From an uncultured Acidobacteriota bacterium (lineage in GTDB: Bacteria; Acidobacteriota; Terriglobia; UBA7540): a stretch of 64,000 nt of DNA. A model generated the notes under the pieces. That model ran no database searches and was not told the origin of the DNA. It worked only from the letters and a program-made list of their open reading frames with translations. Positions 20,832 through 29,666 of the stretch are shown in pieces (positions within the stretch are counted from its first letter, which is position 1; every line of letters starts with the position of its first letter). Position numbers and translations under genes: made by a program. Location: positions 1,280,001 through 1,344,000 of the forward strand of contig CAWDSK010000003.1 of the NCBI GenBank assembly GCA_963804995.1, in the 5' to 3' direction.

Positions 20832-21059
20832 TTTCAAGCAGGTGACGCGGCGCTATCCGTCGGCTGACGGACAGCTCCGCGGCTTTTCGCCCATGGATGT
20901 TAATGGATATTCCAAGGTCACCATATTAGGAACCGCTGAGTAGGGCAAACTGTGCCTGACACTGACTACCTGTTTAATTGAACGTGGCATCGTTCTTGGA
21001 CAAACTGCGCTCGGAGTATCACTAGAGGTTTTTGAAATTTCCATAAAGGGAGGATTCCC

Positions 21060-21575
21060 ATGACTCGTTTGCGTTTTTCGGTCCTAGCATTCGTTCTCAT
21101 ATGGGCAGGCAGTTTTCTCGCCTGTTCCAAGCCCACGCCTTCTACGTCGCCTAATAGGGCCAAGAGTGCGGCGGCGCCGGCGGCCACCACATCCAGCGGT
21201 CTGCCCCAACCCTGCACGCTCGTGACCGCTAAGGATGGTGAGGAGGTTTTCGGAGCAGGTGCCCAAATCAAACAGAATGGCGATATATCATGCGAGATCG
21301 ACGGACCAAATCTCATGACTGACGGCCTCATCGGGGTGAATATTAAGCTGATCGATCCCAAAGACTGGGATGGCGGCAAGAAAACTGTATTTGCCATGTT
21401 CCCCAAGGAGAAGTCCGTCTCGGGAATTGGAGAAGATGCCTATACCTTCAGCGACGGCATCGTCTTTCATAAGGGGAAGGTGGAAGTGAACGTCATCACC
21501 AGCGGCTATACCGGCCCCAAACCGAAAGCCGATGTCGCCAAGTACATCGCGCAGCAAGTGGCGGCGCGCCTGTAA
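21060..21575 (+). CDS. Putative lipoprotein (DUF3558-like pattern)
   Basis: Lipobox FLAC; PCTLVT, VSGIGEDAY, FHKG, C-terminal helix. Confidence 0.75.
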   Translation: MTRLRFSVLAFVLIWAGSFLACSKPTPSTSPNRAKSAAAPAATTSSGLPQPCTLVTAKDGEEVFGAGAQIKQNGDISCEIDGPNLMTDGLIGVNIKLIDPKDWDGGKKTVFAMFPKEKSVSGIGEDAYTFSDGIVFHKGKVEVNVITSGYTGPKPKADVAKYIAQQVAARL

Positions 21576-21599
21576 CGCATCTCCGTCTCACTGCTTCCA

Positions 21600-21691
21600 C
21601 CGCAGACCTGTGCCGGGGAGGTCCACGGTTTCTCGTCGCCCATAGGAGACGAACCCCAGACCTCACCGACGGAGGTGTGCGCTACGCTTGC
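21600..21691 (-). repeat. GTAG-type REP doublet, family A
   Basis: GAACCCCAGACCTCACCGACGGAGGTGTGCGCTACGCTTGC matches the reverse complement of 50375-50416; lies between convergent genes. Confidence 0.8.
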
Positions 21692-21741
21692 TTGTTCGCC
21701 CCCGGGGGCATGGGATCTCGTTCCGTGCCGCGAGTTGATAG

Positions 21742-22983
21742 TCACTGGCCAATCATGTCTGCGACCCGTTGCCAATCCACCTGACTCACAAATTGCCAGA
21801 GCCGGACCAGGCCGAGCGAGTCCCAGTCCGTCAGCGGTGGCTCGCGGAGGTTCTCCGGCACGTCCTCCAGGAAGACGGTGATCAACTGGATGTCGGTGCG
21901 GGGGCGCGAAAGATCAAAGTAGTCGGGATTGAACACGACCACCGGCCGCGCGTCCTTCGTATTCGCAGGGACAAAGGTCGAGGGATAGTCGAAGGCTTTT
22001 CGGGTCCAGGCCTGCGAAGCCCGCTCCGCCGGCGTCATTCCGGCCAGCTCGGCGCGAAGGCGTTCGAGATCGGGATCTGGCGCCACGGGCTCAGCCGTTC
22101 GCTGGACGATTTTCTTCCGCAGCTCCTGGCAGTTGGCTATACCCTGCTTCAACTGGCCCGGGAAGTCAGCCTCCAGCTTCTCCATTCTTGTGCGGAACTC
22201 CTCGGCAGCGGCCGGATCGGTCTTCTTCAGTTTCTGGTATGCTTGCTCGTGGGTCTTAAGCCGTTCCTCCTGACCGGCCATCCAATCTTTGTAGTCTTTA
22301 TCGCACGGGGGCAGTTTCTTGTCCGCTTCGACGCGGCGGGCGCTCTCGCGTTCGCGGTCGGCCCTCTTGCTTTCGTAATCGGCGATAAAGTCCCGCAAGA
22401 ATTGCTCTCGTGTCACCGGAATCCAAAGAGGGCGGTCCTTCTTGGCGAAATAGATGACGGTGGCTACGTCATGGGTTCGTGGATTCGGCGGCCCGGCAAA
22501 GTACAGCGTGACTCCCGCGGTTTGGCCAATTGCCACTGGCAGCCACATCATCTCGTGCCCGTTGTGCTTCTCAAATGTCTGCCCGCGAGTTACCTCATGC
22601 GGATCGTTAAAATGGAAATCGGCCTCTGTCACGGCTTCCCTGTCGGTCTTCGGCTTGCCGCCGGGGCCCTCGGCAAAATAGAGGAATATGATCCACAGAC
22701 GGCCGGAGATGGGGACATTGGCGTTGGAACCAGAAAGATTGATCCAGCCCTCTCCATTGAAGCCCAGCGGTGGATTGAACACCTTCGCGGTATGCAGCCG
22801 CGAGGCGATACCTTGGATTTTCGACAGGAATATCCTGCCCTCGGCCTCGCTGTGACCGGACCACTTCGCGTTGCTGGCAGGCGGGCTGCTTAGCTGCCAA
22901 GTGCCGGGCACGTTGGGGAGGGGCCGCACTTCTTGGCCCGCAGCGGGCAAACACAACAGCAATATTGCGGCGATATATCTCAT
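21742..22983 (-). CDS. Exported hypothetical protein with coiled-coil insert
   Basis: SD GGAGGAG; signal peptide; WIPVTREQF and NPDYFDLSRPRTDIQLI motifs. Confidence 0.8.
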   Translation of the reverse strand: MRYIAAILLLCLPAAGQEVRPLPNVPGTWQLSSPPASNAKWSGHSEAEGRIFLSKIQGIASRLHTAKVFNPPLGFNGEGWINLSGSNANVPISGRLWIIFLYFAEGPGGKPKTDREAVTEADFHFNDPHEVTRGQTFEKHNGHEMMWLPVAIGQTAGVTLYFAGPPNPRTHDVATVIYFAKKDRPLWIPVTREQFLRDFIADYESKRADRERESARRVEADKKLPPCDKDYKDWMAGQEERLKTHEQAYQKLKKTDPAAAEEFRTRMEKLEADFPGQLKQGIANCQELRKKIVQRTAEPVAPDPDLERLRAELAGMTPAERASQAWTRKAFDYPSTFVPANTKDARPVVVFNPDYFDLSRPRTDIQLITVFLEDVPENLREPPLTDWDSLGLVRLWQFVSQVDWQRVADMIGQ

Positions 22984-23021
22984 GGCTCCTCCTGTAGCTC
23001 CGGGTCCCAGGGCACCAAAAT

Positions 23022-23048
23022 CAGATGCTTCGCTGCGCTCAGCATGAC
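23022..23048. repeat. Half of a GTCATGCTGAGCGCAGCGAAGCATCT-type REP-like element
   Basis: CAGATGCTTCGCTGCGCTCAGCATGACA; recognised from memory, single copy here. Confidence 0.5.
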
Positions 23049-23195
23049 AGCGGAGAGACTCCTCGCTAGGGCTGGCGCCTGACGACCACGGCAGTCAGGT
23101 TCACGCCATCCACGAGGACCGAGACACCTTCCGCGAAGATGAAATCGGTCCTCGCGATGACCTTGGCATCTTGAACAAGTCCTCCCAAGGGGTGG

Positions 23196-23669
23196 CTACA
23201 TCCCAGCGGCAATCAGTTGAGCCACTTTCTTGACCTGATCGATGGTAAGCAGGGTCCCTGTGAAACCCAAAAAGGTGGACACCGTGCCGGAGCCTTTCCC
23301 TTTCTTAAAGGCGAGAAAGTATGGGTAATTGCCCGGCGGTCCGATAATCGCGGCATCTCCCACCCCTTGGATCTCCTCCTTCACCGCCCCTTTCATGTTT
23401 TTGGTTTGTGAATAGAACATATCGGAAGAAAGGCTCCTATTAACCATCAGGATCAGCTTCCCATCCTTGTTGGCAAAATTCAGGTCGCCCCCTGCCCCTT
23501 TCGATGGGTCCGCGGGGACGAGTTTAACTCCCTGAAGTCCAGTGATCTTCTCAACGTCCTGCACCGTCAGATACTGGGCTCCCGATGCGGGCTTGGGTTG
23601 AGAAAAAGCCATCGACGCATTCAAAACAAGCAGGGTGAATACAAACAGAACCGTCAGCCAGCGATGCAT
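23196..23669 (-). CDS. Exported hypothetical protein, distant relative of 21060-21575
   Basis: SD AAGGAGG, signal peptide MHRWLTVLF; IQGVGDAA..FKKG..VAQLIA. Confidence 0.8.
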   Translation of the reverse strand: MHRWLTVLFVFTLLVLNASMAFSQPKPASGAQYLTVQDVEKITGLQGVKLVPADPSKGAGGDLNFANKDGKLILMVNRSLSSDMFYSQTKNMKGAVKEEIQGVGDAAIIGPPGNYPYFLAFKKGKGSGTVSTFLGFTGTLLTIDQVKKVAQLIAAGM

Positions 23670-24390
23670 AATGACTACCTCCTTTAATTGGAAGGGCCAA
23701 TCTACTAATGAGTGGATGGTTCGAGGAAAACCTCTTTCTTGCTCTGAGTGATGGGAATCACTCCGATTCCCTGTAACTAAGTGTTTAGAGCGAGACGCCG
23801 GGCTGGTTCGCCTGGGCGTTGAGTGTGAACCGCCCAGACCTACATAAGCATTATGGTCAGTTCGTTGATCCAATCGAAGGTCTCCCTTCGCTTGCGGAGA
23901 GTGTAAACCTTTATGGCTGGCTTCGCACCATGAAACCCACACCTCGCAGGCGACTTTCCCGTGCAGGCACCCGCGAGAGTGATGGTTCACTTTGTGCGGC
24001 AACACTTCCGCCCAGACTTGCACGTGGGACTCCGAGAGCGGGCGGTGGGGAGGATCTTCTCCACCAACGGGATTTTCAGTTCGCGCAACGCGCATTTCAT
24101 TCCCTCGTTGTAAGGCGGATAATGCGGTAGCGAGTTCAGCAGGATGACAGATGATGGGCCAGGACCTCAACCCTGCGCGCTTGATGCCAAAGATCGGTAA
24201 GCGGTACGTCCGCTACATCTGCAGGTGGCGCTACGAGCGTGACCTCCTTCCAGGGAGCAGGATGAAGGGGGACACCGCAACCTTTGCATGATCGTTGAGG
24301 GCGATAGTGTTTTGACGAGCGGAAGTCGTCAAGCGGGGAACGCCGCTCAACTCGAATTCGTGGCCGACGGCTTCCAGTTGTCATCGCCGT

Positions 24391-24795
24391 CTACTTCCGG
24401 CAATGGATCTGGAACTCGGCTTTGTCCGAGCGCGTGTTGCCGCTTCCGATCTGCGCCCATCCGTGAAAGTTTTCGCCCGGCGAGCCCAGCCTCCAAGTGA
24501 AATGAACCGGTTTCGATCCTGCGGATGTGAAGTGGAGCGTTTGTCGCCCTTCGCCTGATCCGCCGTCGGACCGAGTAATGCCATAAATAACGGTATTGGG
24601 TCCATCAACTCTGATGAAACCATGGAAGTTGATCGTAACCGGGCAAGCCCCGTGCCAATCATTGGGGGTTGCCTGGATGCGCATCTCTGTCACCTGCCCA
24701 TATCTAGCCGAAATACCAGCTTGAGGGGGCATGAATACCAGGCACGCGCTCAGAACAACCAACGTCAAGAGAATCCTTCTGCTGCGTGGTGACAT
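24391..24795 (-). CDS. Small exported Ig-like protein
   Basis: SD GGAGG; signal peptide; GACPVTINF, RSDG, C-terminal Cys. Confidence 0.75.
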   Translation of the reverse strand: MSPRSRRILLTLVVLSACLVFMPPQAGISARYGQVTEMRIQATPNDWHGACPVTINFHGFIRVDGPNTVIYGITRSDGGSGEGRQTLHFTSAGSKPVHFTWRLGSPGENFHGWAQIGSGNTRSDKAEFQIHCRK

Positions 24796-25502
24796 AGCGG
24801 AATCCCTCCGGGATTGGATTTAATATTTGATTCCTATTACCTCCAGCCCAACCCGACTACCCTCGGATGGCCAGATGGTTCGATGAAGTACAGCAACTGT
24901 GGTTCTACTTGCTCTGTTGCGTACCCGACTTCGAGCGGAGGAGCCGTTCAATTAGTGAAATGACTTATGGCACGGACAGGCGTACCCGACTGTACTCATA
25001 ACCTAGTTGCTTTTCAAGCGGTCTTCTTGCGGCCTTTACTTCTTCCTGCCGAGTCTGGTTCTTGCCTGTCTGCCCACATTTCCGTTCCGCAATCAAGCGA
25101 GTTGCTCGGGGCGGAGATGATCGCATGTAACATCCCACCCTGAGCCCATGCGTATAGATCCGGAATTTCGATTATGAACCTCTGGTCCCACGGCATACGC
25201 CTGACCCCACTTGAATGCAACTGAGGTCGGGTTTGCACTGCCGGGTATGTCCACGGGCCACTGAACGGGCCATTCGTGCTTCTCGCGAGAACCCCGAAGA
25301 CCGCAACTACCCCTCGTTCGACCTGTGTCTGTGACAACTTGCCCTCCCGTCCCTTCCCTCGTCGCTGAAATCCCATCCGCTCGGCGCGTATTTGATACAG
25401 CGACTTGAAGGAAGCCGCCCGCGTTTGCGGCGGGCGCGGAGGATTATGGGTTGTAAATGGCGTTCACCGGCCCCTCGTCTATCATTGGGGCACAAGAGTC
25501 AT

Positions 25503-25674
25503 GACCCGGCATGAGGGCTCAGGCGGTGGTCAGGAATACAATGAAGAAGAGAATTGCGCACGCCCAAGACGGCTTGCCTAAGTCCGTAACGAATGTCCTC
25601 CCTAAAGCCATAAGGCCAGATACCAGCAAAGAAATGGAGCCGTCCCCCTTTGACCTTCGGTGTGAACCACCCCC
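25503..25674. repeat. ~170 bp direct repeat, copy 1
   Basis: Highly similar to 31848-32020. Confidence 0.92.
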
Positions 25675-25682
25675 GGCTGGCG

Positions 25683-27219
25683 TTATCTCAGTTCCAACGG
25701 ATGCTTCTCCTCGCGATTGAACCCGCGGTAATAGAGGACAAGTTTCGTGGCATTGACCGGCGCCTGGAAAGCTACTTCGAACCGGCCGCGCCCGTGGGCA
25801 GGTACGACACTATTCTCAACGAGAGGGTGTGCAAGCTTTTCCATGGAACTCGTGTCAACGAGAATCTCCTCACCGCCATTCAAGAGCTTTAGCTGCTCTC
25901 CGGTTTGAAACTCGATTCCCTGGTCGACCTTATTCACCAGGGTGAGGTCGAGAACCAGGAAACGTTTCCCCTGCTCAGGCTGTGCACCGCCCAGGTTGGG
26001 CGCAGCGCGCACTCCATGAATCTGCACGTCCAAGGTGTCGCCGTCCGAAATGGTGAACAGGACGGGCGCCTGGCTGGTAGCGGCTGAGGCCGCTGCCCCT
26101 CCAGTGGCAGTGTTGGGAAGGCTCAGTTCCAGGGGAGGATAGCCGGGGAGGTTGAGCACCATGGTCAGCGCCCCATGCTGTGCCGGGACGGAGAAAACCA
26201 GCGAGCCACGCTGGAGAGTGCCCGGCAGGAATTGCACTGTGCCTTTGAACTGGCCAGGGACGCTCACGTCCTTCGCGGGAGTGAAGGTCACGCCCTGCGG
26301 GTCGCGGAGGTATGAGTAGTTCTCGAGCTCGAACTTGCACGAGGCTCCCCTCCGATTTCCCGGTGCAGCCTAATTGCACTACCGCATACATGTCCCCGCC
26401 CGGAGCAGACATATTCCCCAGGCTCGCGACCTGTTGCACGCCATAGGCACTGACCTCCAGAACATCGTTCTTCACGGGGCCGGCGATGGGAGCGGCGGCG
26501 GCAGGCGGCTTGCCATAAAGCGGTACGTCAAAGCTGCCCATAGAGGTGTCAAGGAACCGGAAGAGTACGCTGGAGACGCCGCTGGCGGGGATCTCGTAAA
26601 CGAGCTGCCCCCTGACCTCGGCGTTGAGTTCAGGAACCACGATTTGCTCCACCGAGAGGGGGTGCGCTGCCGCTGATTGCGCCTCGCTGATCACCGCCGT
26701 GTCCTGGCCGTTGATCACCACGAAAGCATGGTTCTTAACGTCGGGAATCACGTAAGGCGTCGGCTTCATCACGAAGTCCTCAGGGTTTGCGTTCTTTTGT
26801 GTTTGCCCGGCGCCGAACCCCACCCCTCCCACACCCCCCGTTACATCCTGCTGATCGGGATGCTTCGGCACTTTGGTGAGTGGGATGATGTTCTTCCAAA
26901 CCGTGTCCATCACCAGAAAAACCTTGCCCGCAGGAACGGGGTGCGAGCCCACCGTGCTGGTGACTGTGAAAGTGGGGATGGAGAACTCCACCGCCTTGTT
27001 CGTGGCGCTTGCCGCCGGGCTGTAGCTCTTCAACTCGATTGCTGGTCCGGCCTGTTCCGCCAAGGCTCCGGTAGGTCCTGCGGTCGCAGTCAGCGCGCCA
27101 CCCGAGGGCGGCGTACCAGCCGCTCCGGATGAGTGCCGGCAGGAACTGCAACCGGAAGAGGAAAGCACGAAGAAAAAGGCAATCAGCCCTGCGACTGCAA
27201 CCCGTGTTGTCTTCGTCAT
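25683..27219 (-). CDS. Lipoprotein with three DUF4352-like Ig domains; +1 frameshift near 26333
   Basis: Lipobox SSGC; recurring units (PAGKVFLV..RGQLVYEIP; APGGDMYAVV..RGSLVFSVP; EQGKRFLV..RFEVAFQAP); ORFs 27219 and 26291 join by a +1 shift. Confidence 0.75.
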
Positions 27220-27365
27220 ATTTACCCCCTGTCAGACGGGGAGGGCTATTCTCCGCTCCCCTCCCGCGCCTTCGTGGCTCCAACACGAACCGATCGTCCT
27301 CGAAGCCCATGCGCACAGCCGACGATTGCGCGTGCGTCATGCGTCCTCGTAGTCAGGTTCGTCGC

Positions 27366-29606
27366 TCACATCTTAACCAGCTCCACGCGCCGATTCTTGG
27401 CGCGGCCCTCGGGCTTGCCATTGTCGTCAATGGGGTTGCTGTCGCCGTATCCCGCCGAACTCAGCCGGTCCGCCGCTATACCCGCTTTCGCCAGCGCATC
27501 CACCACCGCCGCGGCGCGCGCCTGCGAGAGCTTGACGTTGTATTCGTGTGTCCCCACATTGTCGGTGTAGCCGTTGATGGAAAGCTTGAGATCCGGGGAC
27601 TGCTTCATCATGCGGATCACTTCGTTGACGGTGGGCTTACTCTCCGGCTTGATGATCGCCTTGTCGAAGTCGAAATTGATGTAGATCGTCACGCGGCCAT
27701 GCAGATCGATCTCCGCCTTGAGCGCCTCGGCGGTAGTTGGCGGGGGTGCAGGTGAGGCGGAAGTCTCCACGGCGGGCCACGCCAGGCAGAGCGTATTGGA
27801 CTTCCCACTCTCGTCCGTGCCGCGGATGGCAAGAGCATGAGGCGCCGCCAAAGTCTCGTTCGTAGTGCTGACGCTCAGCCGGGTCTTGGAGATTTCTGTA
27901 AGGTTAATGGTGTCCGAATCGAAGTGGAAGCGCAGGCTGGGATCGGGAGGCACGGAAGTGGCACGCATCTGGAGATTTCCCTTATATCCGTGGTTGGCGA
28001 GGAGGATGAGGGGGTAAGTGTAGGATTGGCCACGCGTCACTCCCTGGCTCTTGAGGTTCTCGTCGGTTGCAATAATGAAGTCGCCGATCGGGATGCTACA
28101 GGGAAGCCCGTCCGGGTCGAAGGGGAGGGCCAGCTCGCGAGTCACCAGTTTCTCGTACTCCCGGCTGTCCTTCTGATCTTTATCGAAACCGTCGTAGATG
28201 ATGAGGCCCCGGCCAAAGTGCGCGTAAGCCTCCACGAAGCCGTTCTCATTGTTTACATTCGTGGTAAACAGGTGTCCGCACCAGTGGCTGTCGTATTGGG
28301 TAATGAGGTTGGAATCCCCCAACTCATTATGGTTGCCGTTCTCGCTGGCCAACCACGGTGCGACATTCAGGAAGCCGGCTTCTTTAGGCTGGGCATTGGC
28401 GAGGATATTCTCCTCGACAAAAATGAGCTGGTCGCTGGGCGCGCCCTGCGCGCCGGGATTGTTGGTGGCAAACCGGTAAGGCAGGAAGCCATAGTCCGGC
28501 CCTTTGCCACACGAATCCGCGTCCTGGATGATAAGCTTGTGGCCCTGCGCCACCCAAGCAATCAAGGCCTTTTTGAAGGCGCTCGGCAAGCGCTCACACA
28601 CTTGCGAGAGCACCACCGTGTCAAACCCCTCGGCGCTCAGCAACCTTGCCGGCGCTGCGTATCCCGGGTCTACAAGACTCAGGAACTTCATATGCTTATA
28701 GATTGAACGGCCGGGGCGGTCCTCGGCGGTAGAGGTGGCGTAGGTTAACGGTGGATATACTTCCTCGCCATTGACGACGAGGATGTTTTCACTTCCGCCA
28801 TGCGCGGCGGGGGGCAGGTTGACCACCGCGGGACGGGGTGCGCAACCTTCCCCGGCAGGCGCCTGACGAGCCGCGGTGGCCGTGCCCGGTGCGGCGGGAA
28901 TCGGCAGCTTTACCGGGAATATTCCTTCCAGGGGAGCGCCGCTCAGAAGAGCGGCAAGATCGGGATTGCGCGTGAGCATCGGAACATAGCCAGGGCCGCT
29001 TGCTTCAATGACCTTGACCTTCCCCATCTGGGCCCCTTGATTGTCACCATAGTTAGAGAGCACGCGAATCTTCACGTAGCGCGCCATGACGGGCGGAAAC
29101 GAAATTACTTGATCACCCGGATCGTTGGACAAAGTTTTTTGCGCAACCTTGGTAAATCCCTGGTCGGGACTGTCCTTCGAGACCCAGATTTCGACATCCT
29201 TGGCCCAATTCGGGGGGTCGTTGCGGGTGGCGGTGTTGATGACGACCGTGGCGATCAGCCCGGGCTGGTGGGCGAAAAACGACAGAACAACTTCCTGGGG
29301 AAAGTCCTTTGGAAAATCGAGGTTGGCGGAAGACCACCCGGTGTCTGCAAATTGCTTGCCCGCCAAGAGCGCCCAAGGTGACCACTCCGGTTTAGGATAC
29401 TGCGAGCTGGCCTTATCGGCGCTCCCGCCCATGTCGAGCGAGACGAGGTCCACGCCCCCTGCGGCTGCCACCGCGGGAGCTGAGGGACCCTCAGCGGCGG
29501 TGCTCGGCCCTGTCAGCAGGCACGCTGCGAACACCCCCAACAAGATAGCGATGCCGGAGCCGGCAGGACGCCGCCACTCCGACCACAACCCGTGTGCCGT
29601 GTCCAT
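27366..29606 (-). CDS. Discoidin (F5/8 type C)-like + central domain + C-terminal OmpA peptidoglycan-binding protein, paralog 2
   Basis: AKDVEIWVS/ARYVKIRVLSN discoidin motifs; INFDFDKA, GYTD, LSQARA, NRRVE OmpA motifs; SD GGAGGAGG. Confidence 0.88.
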   Translation of the reverse strand: MDTAHGLWSEWRRPAGSGIAILLGVFAACLLTGPSTAAEGPSAPAVAAAGGVDLVSLDMGGSADKASSQYPKPEWSPWALLAGKQFADTGWSSANLDFPKDFPQEVVLSFFAHQPGLIATVVINTATRNDPPNWAKDVEIWVSKDSPDQGFTKVAQKTLSNDPGDQVISFPPVMARYVKIRVLSNYGDNQGAQMGKVKVIEASGPGYVPMLTRNPDLAALLSGAPLEGIFPVKLPIPAAPGTATAARQAPAGEGCAPRPAVVNLPPAAHGGSENILVVNGEEVYPPLTYATSTAEDRPGRSIYKHMKFLSLVDPGYAAPARLLSAEGFDTVVLSQVCERLPSAFKKALIAWVAQGHKLIIQDADSCGKGPDYGFLPYRFATNNPGAQGAPSDQLIFVEENILANAQPKEAGFLNVAPWLASENGNHNELGDSNLITQYDSHWCGHLFTTNVNNENGFVEAYAHFGRGLIIYDGFDKDQKDSREYEKLVTRELALPFDPDGLPCSIPIGDFIIATDENLKSQGVTRGQSYTYPLILLANHGYKGNLQMRATSVPPDPSLRFHFDSDTINLTEISKTRLSVSTTNETLAAPHALAIRGTDESGKSNTLCLAWPAVETSASPAPPPTTAEALKAEIDLHGRVTIYINFDFDKAIIKPESKPTVNEVIRMMKQSPDLKLSINGYTDNVGTHEYNVKLSQARAAAVVDALAKAGIAADRLSSAGYGDSNPIDDNGKPEGRAKNRRVELVKM

Positions 29607-29666
29607 GATCCCTCCTCCTTGTAGTGGGCTAATATCAGTCTGCGTCTTCCTCAACAGGTCCGTCGC

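Noticed and set aside
20985..21000. Sigma-54 promoter-like TGGCATCGTTCTTGG upstream of 21060
   Set aside because: Lacks the -12 GC; too weak to call.
23066..23180. Short minus-strand frame resembling an NfeD C-terminal fragment
   Set aside because: About 36 codons, no start, resemblance too weak without a search.
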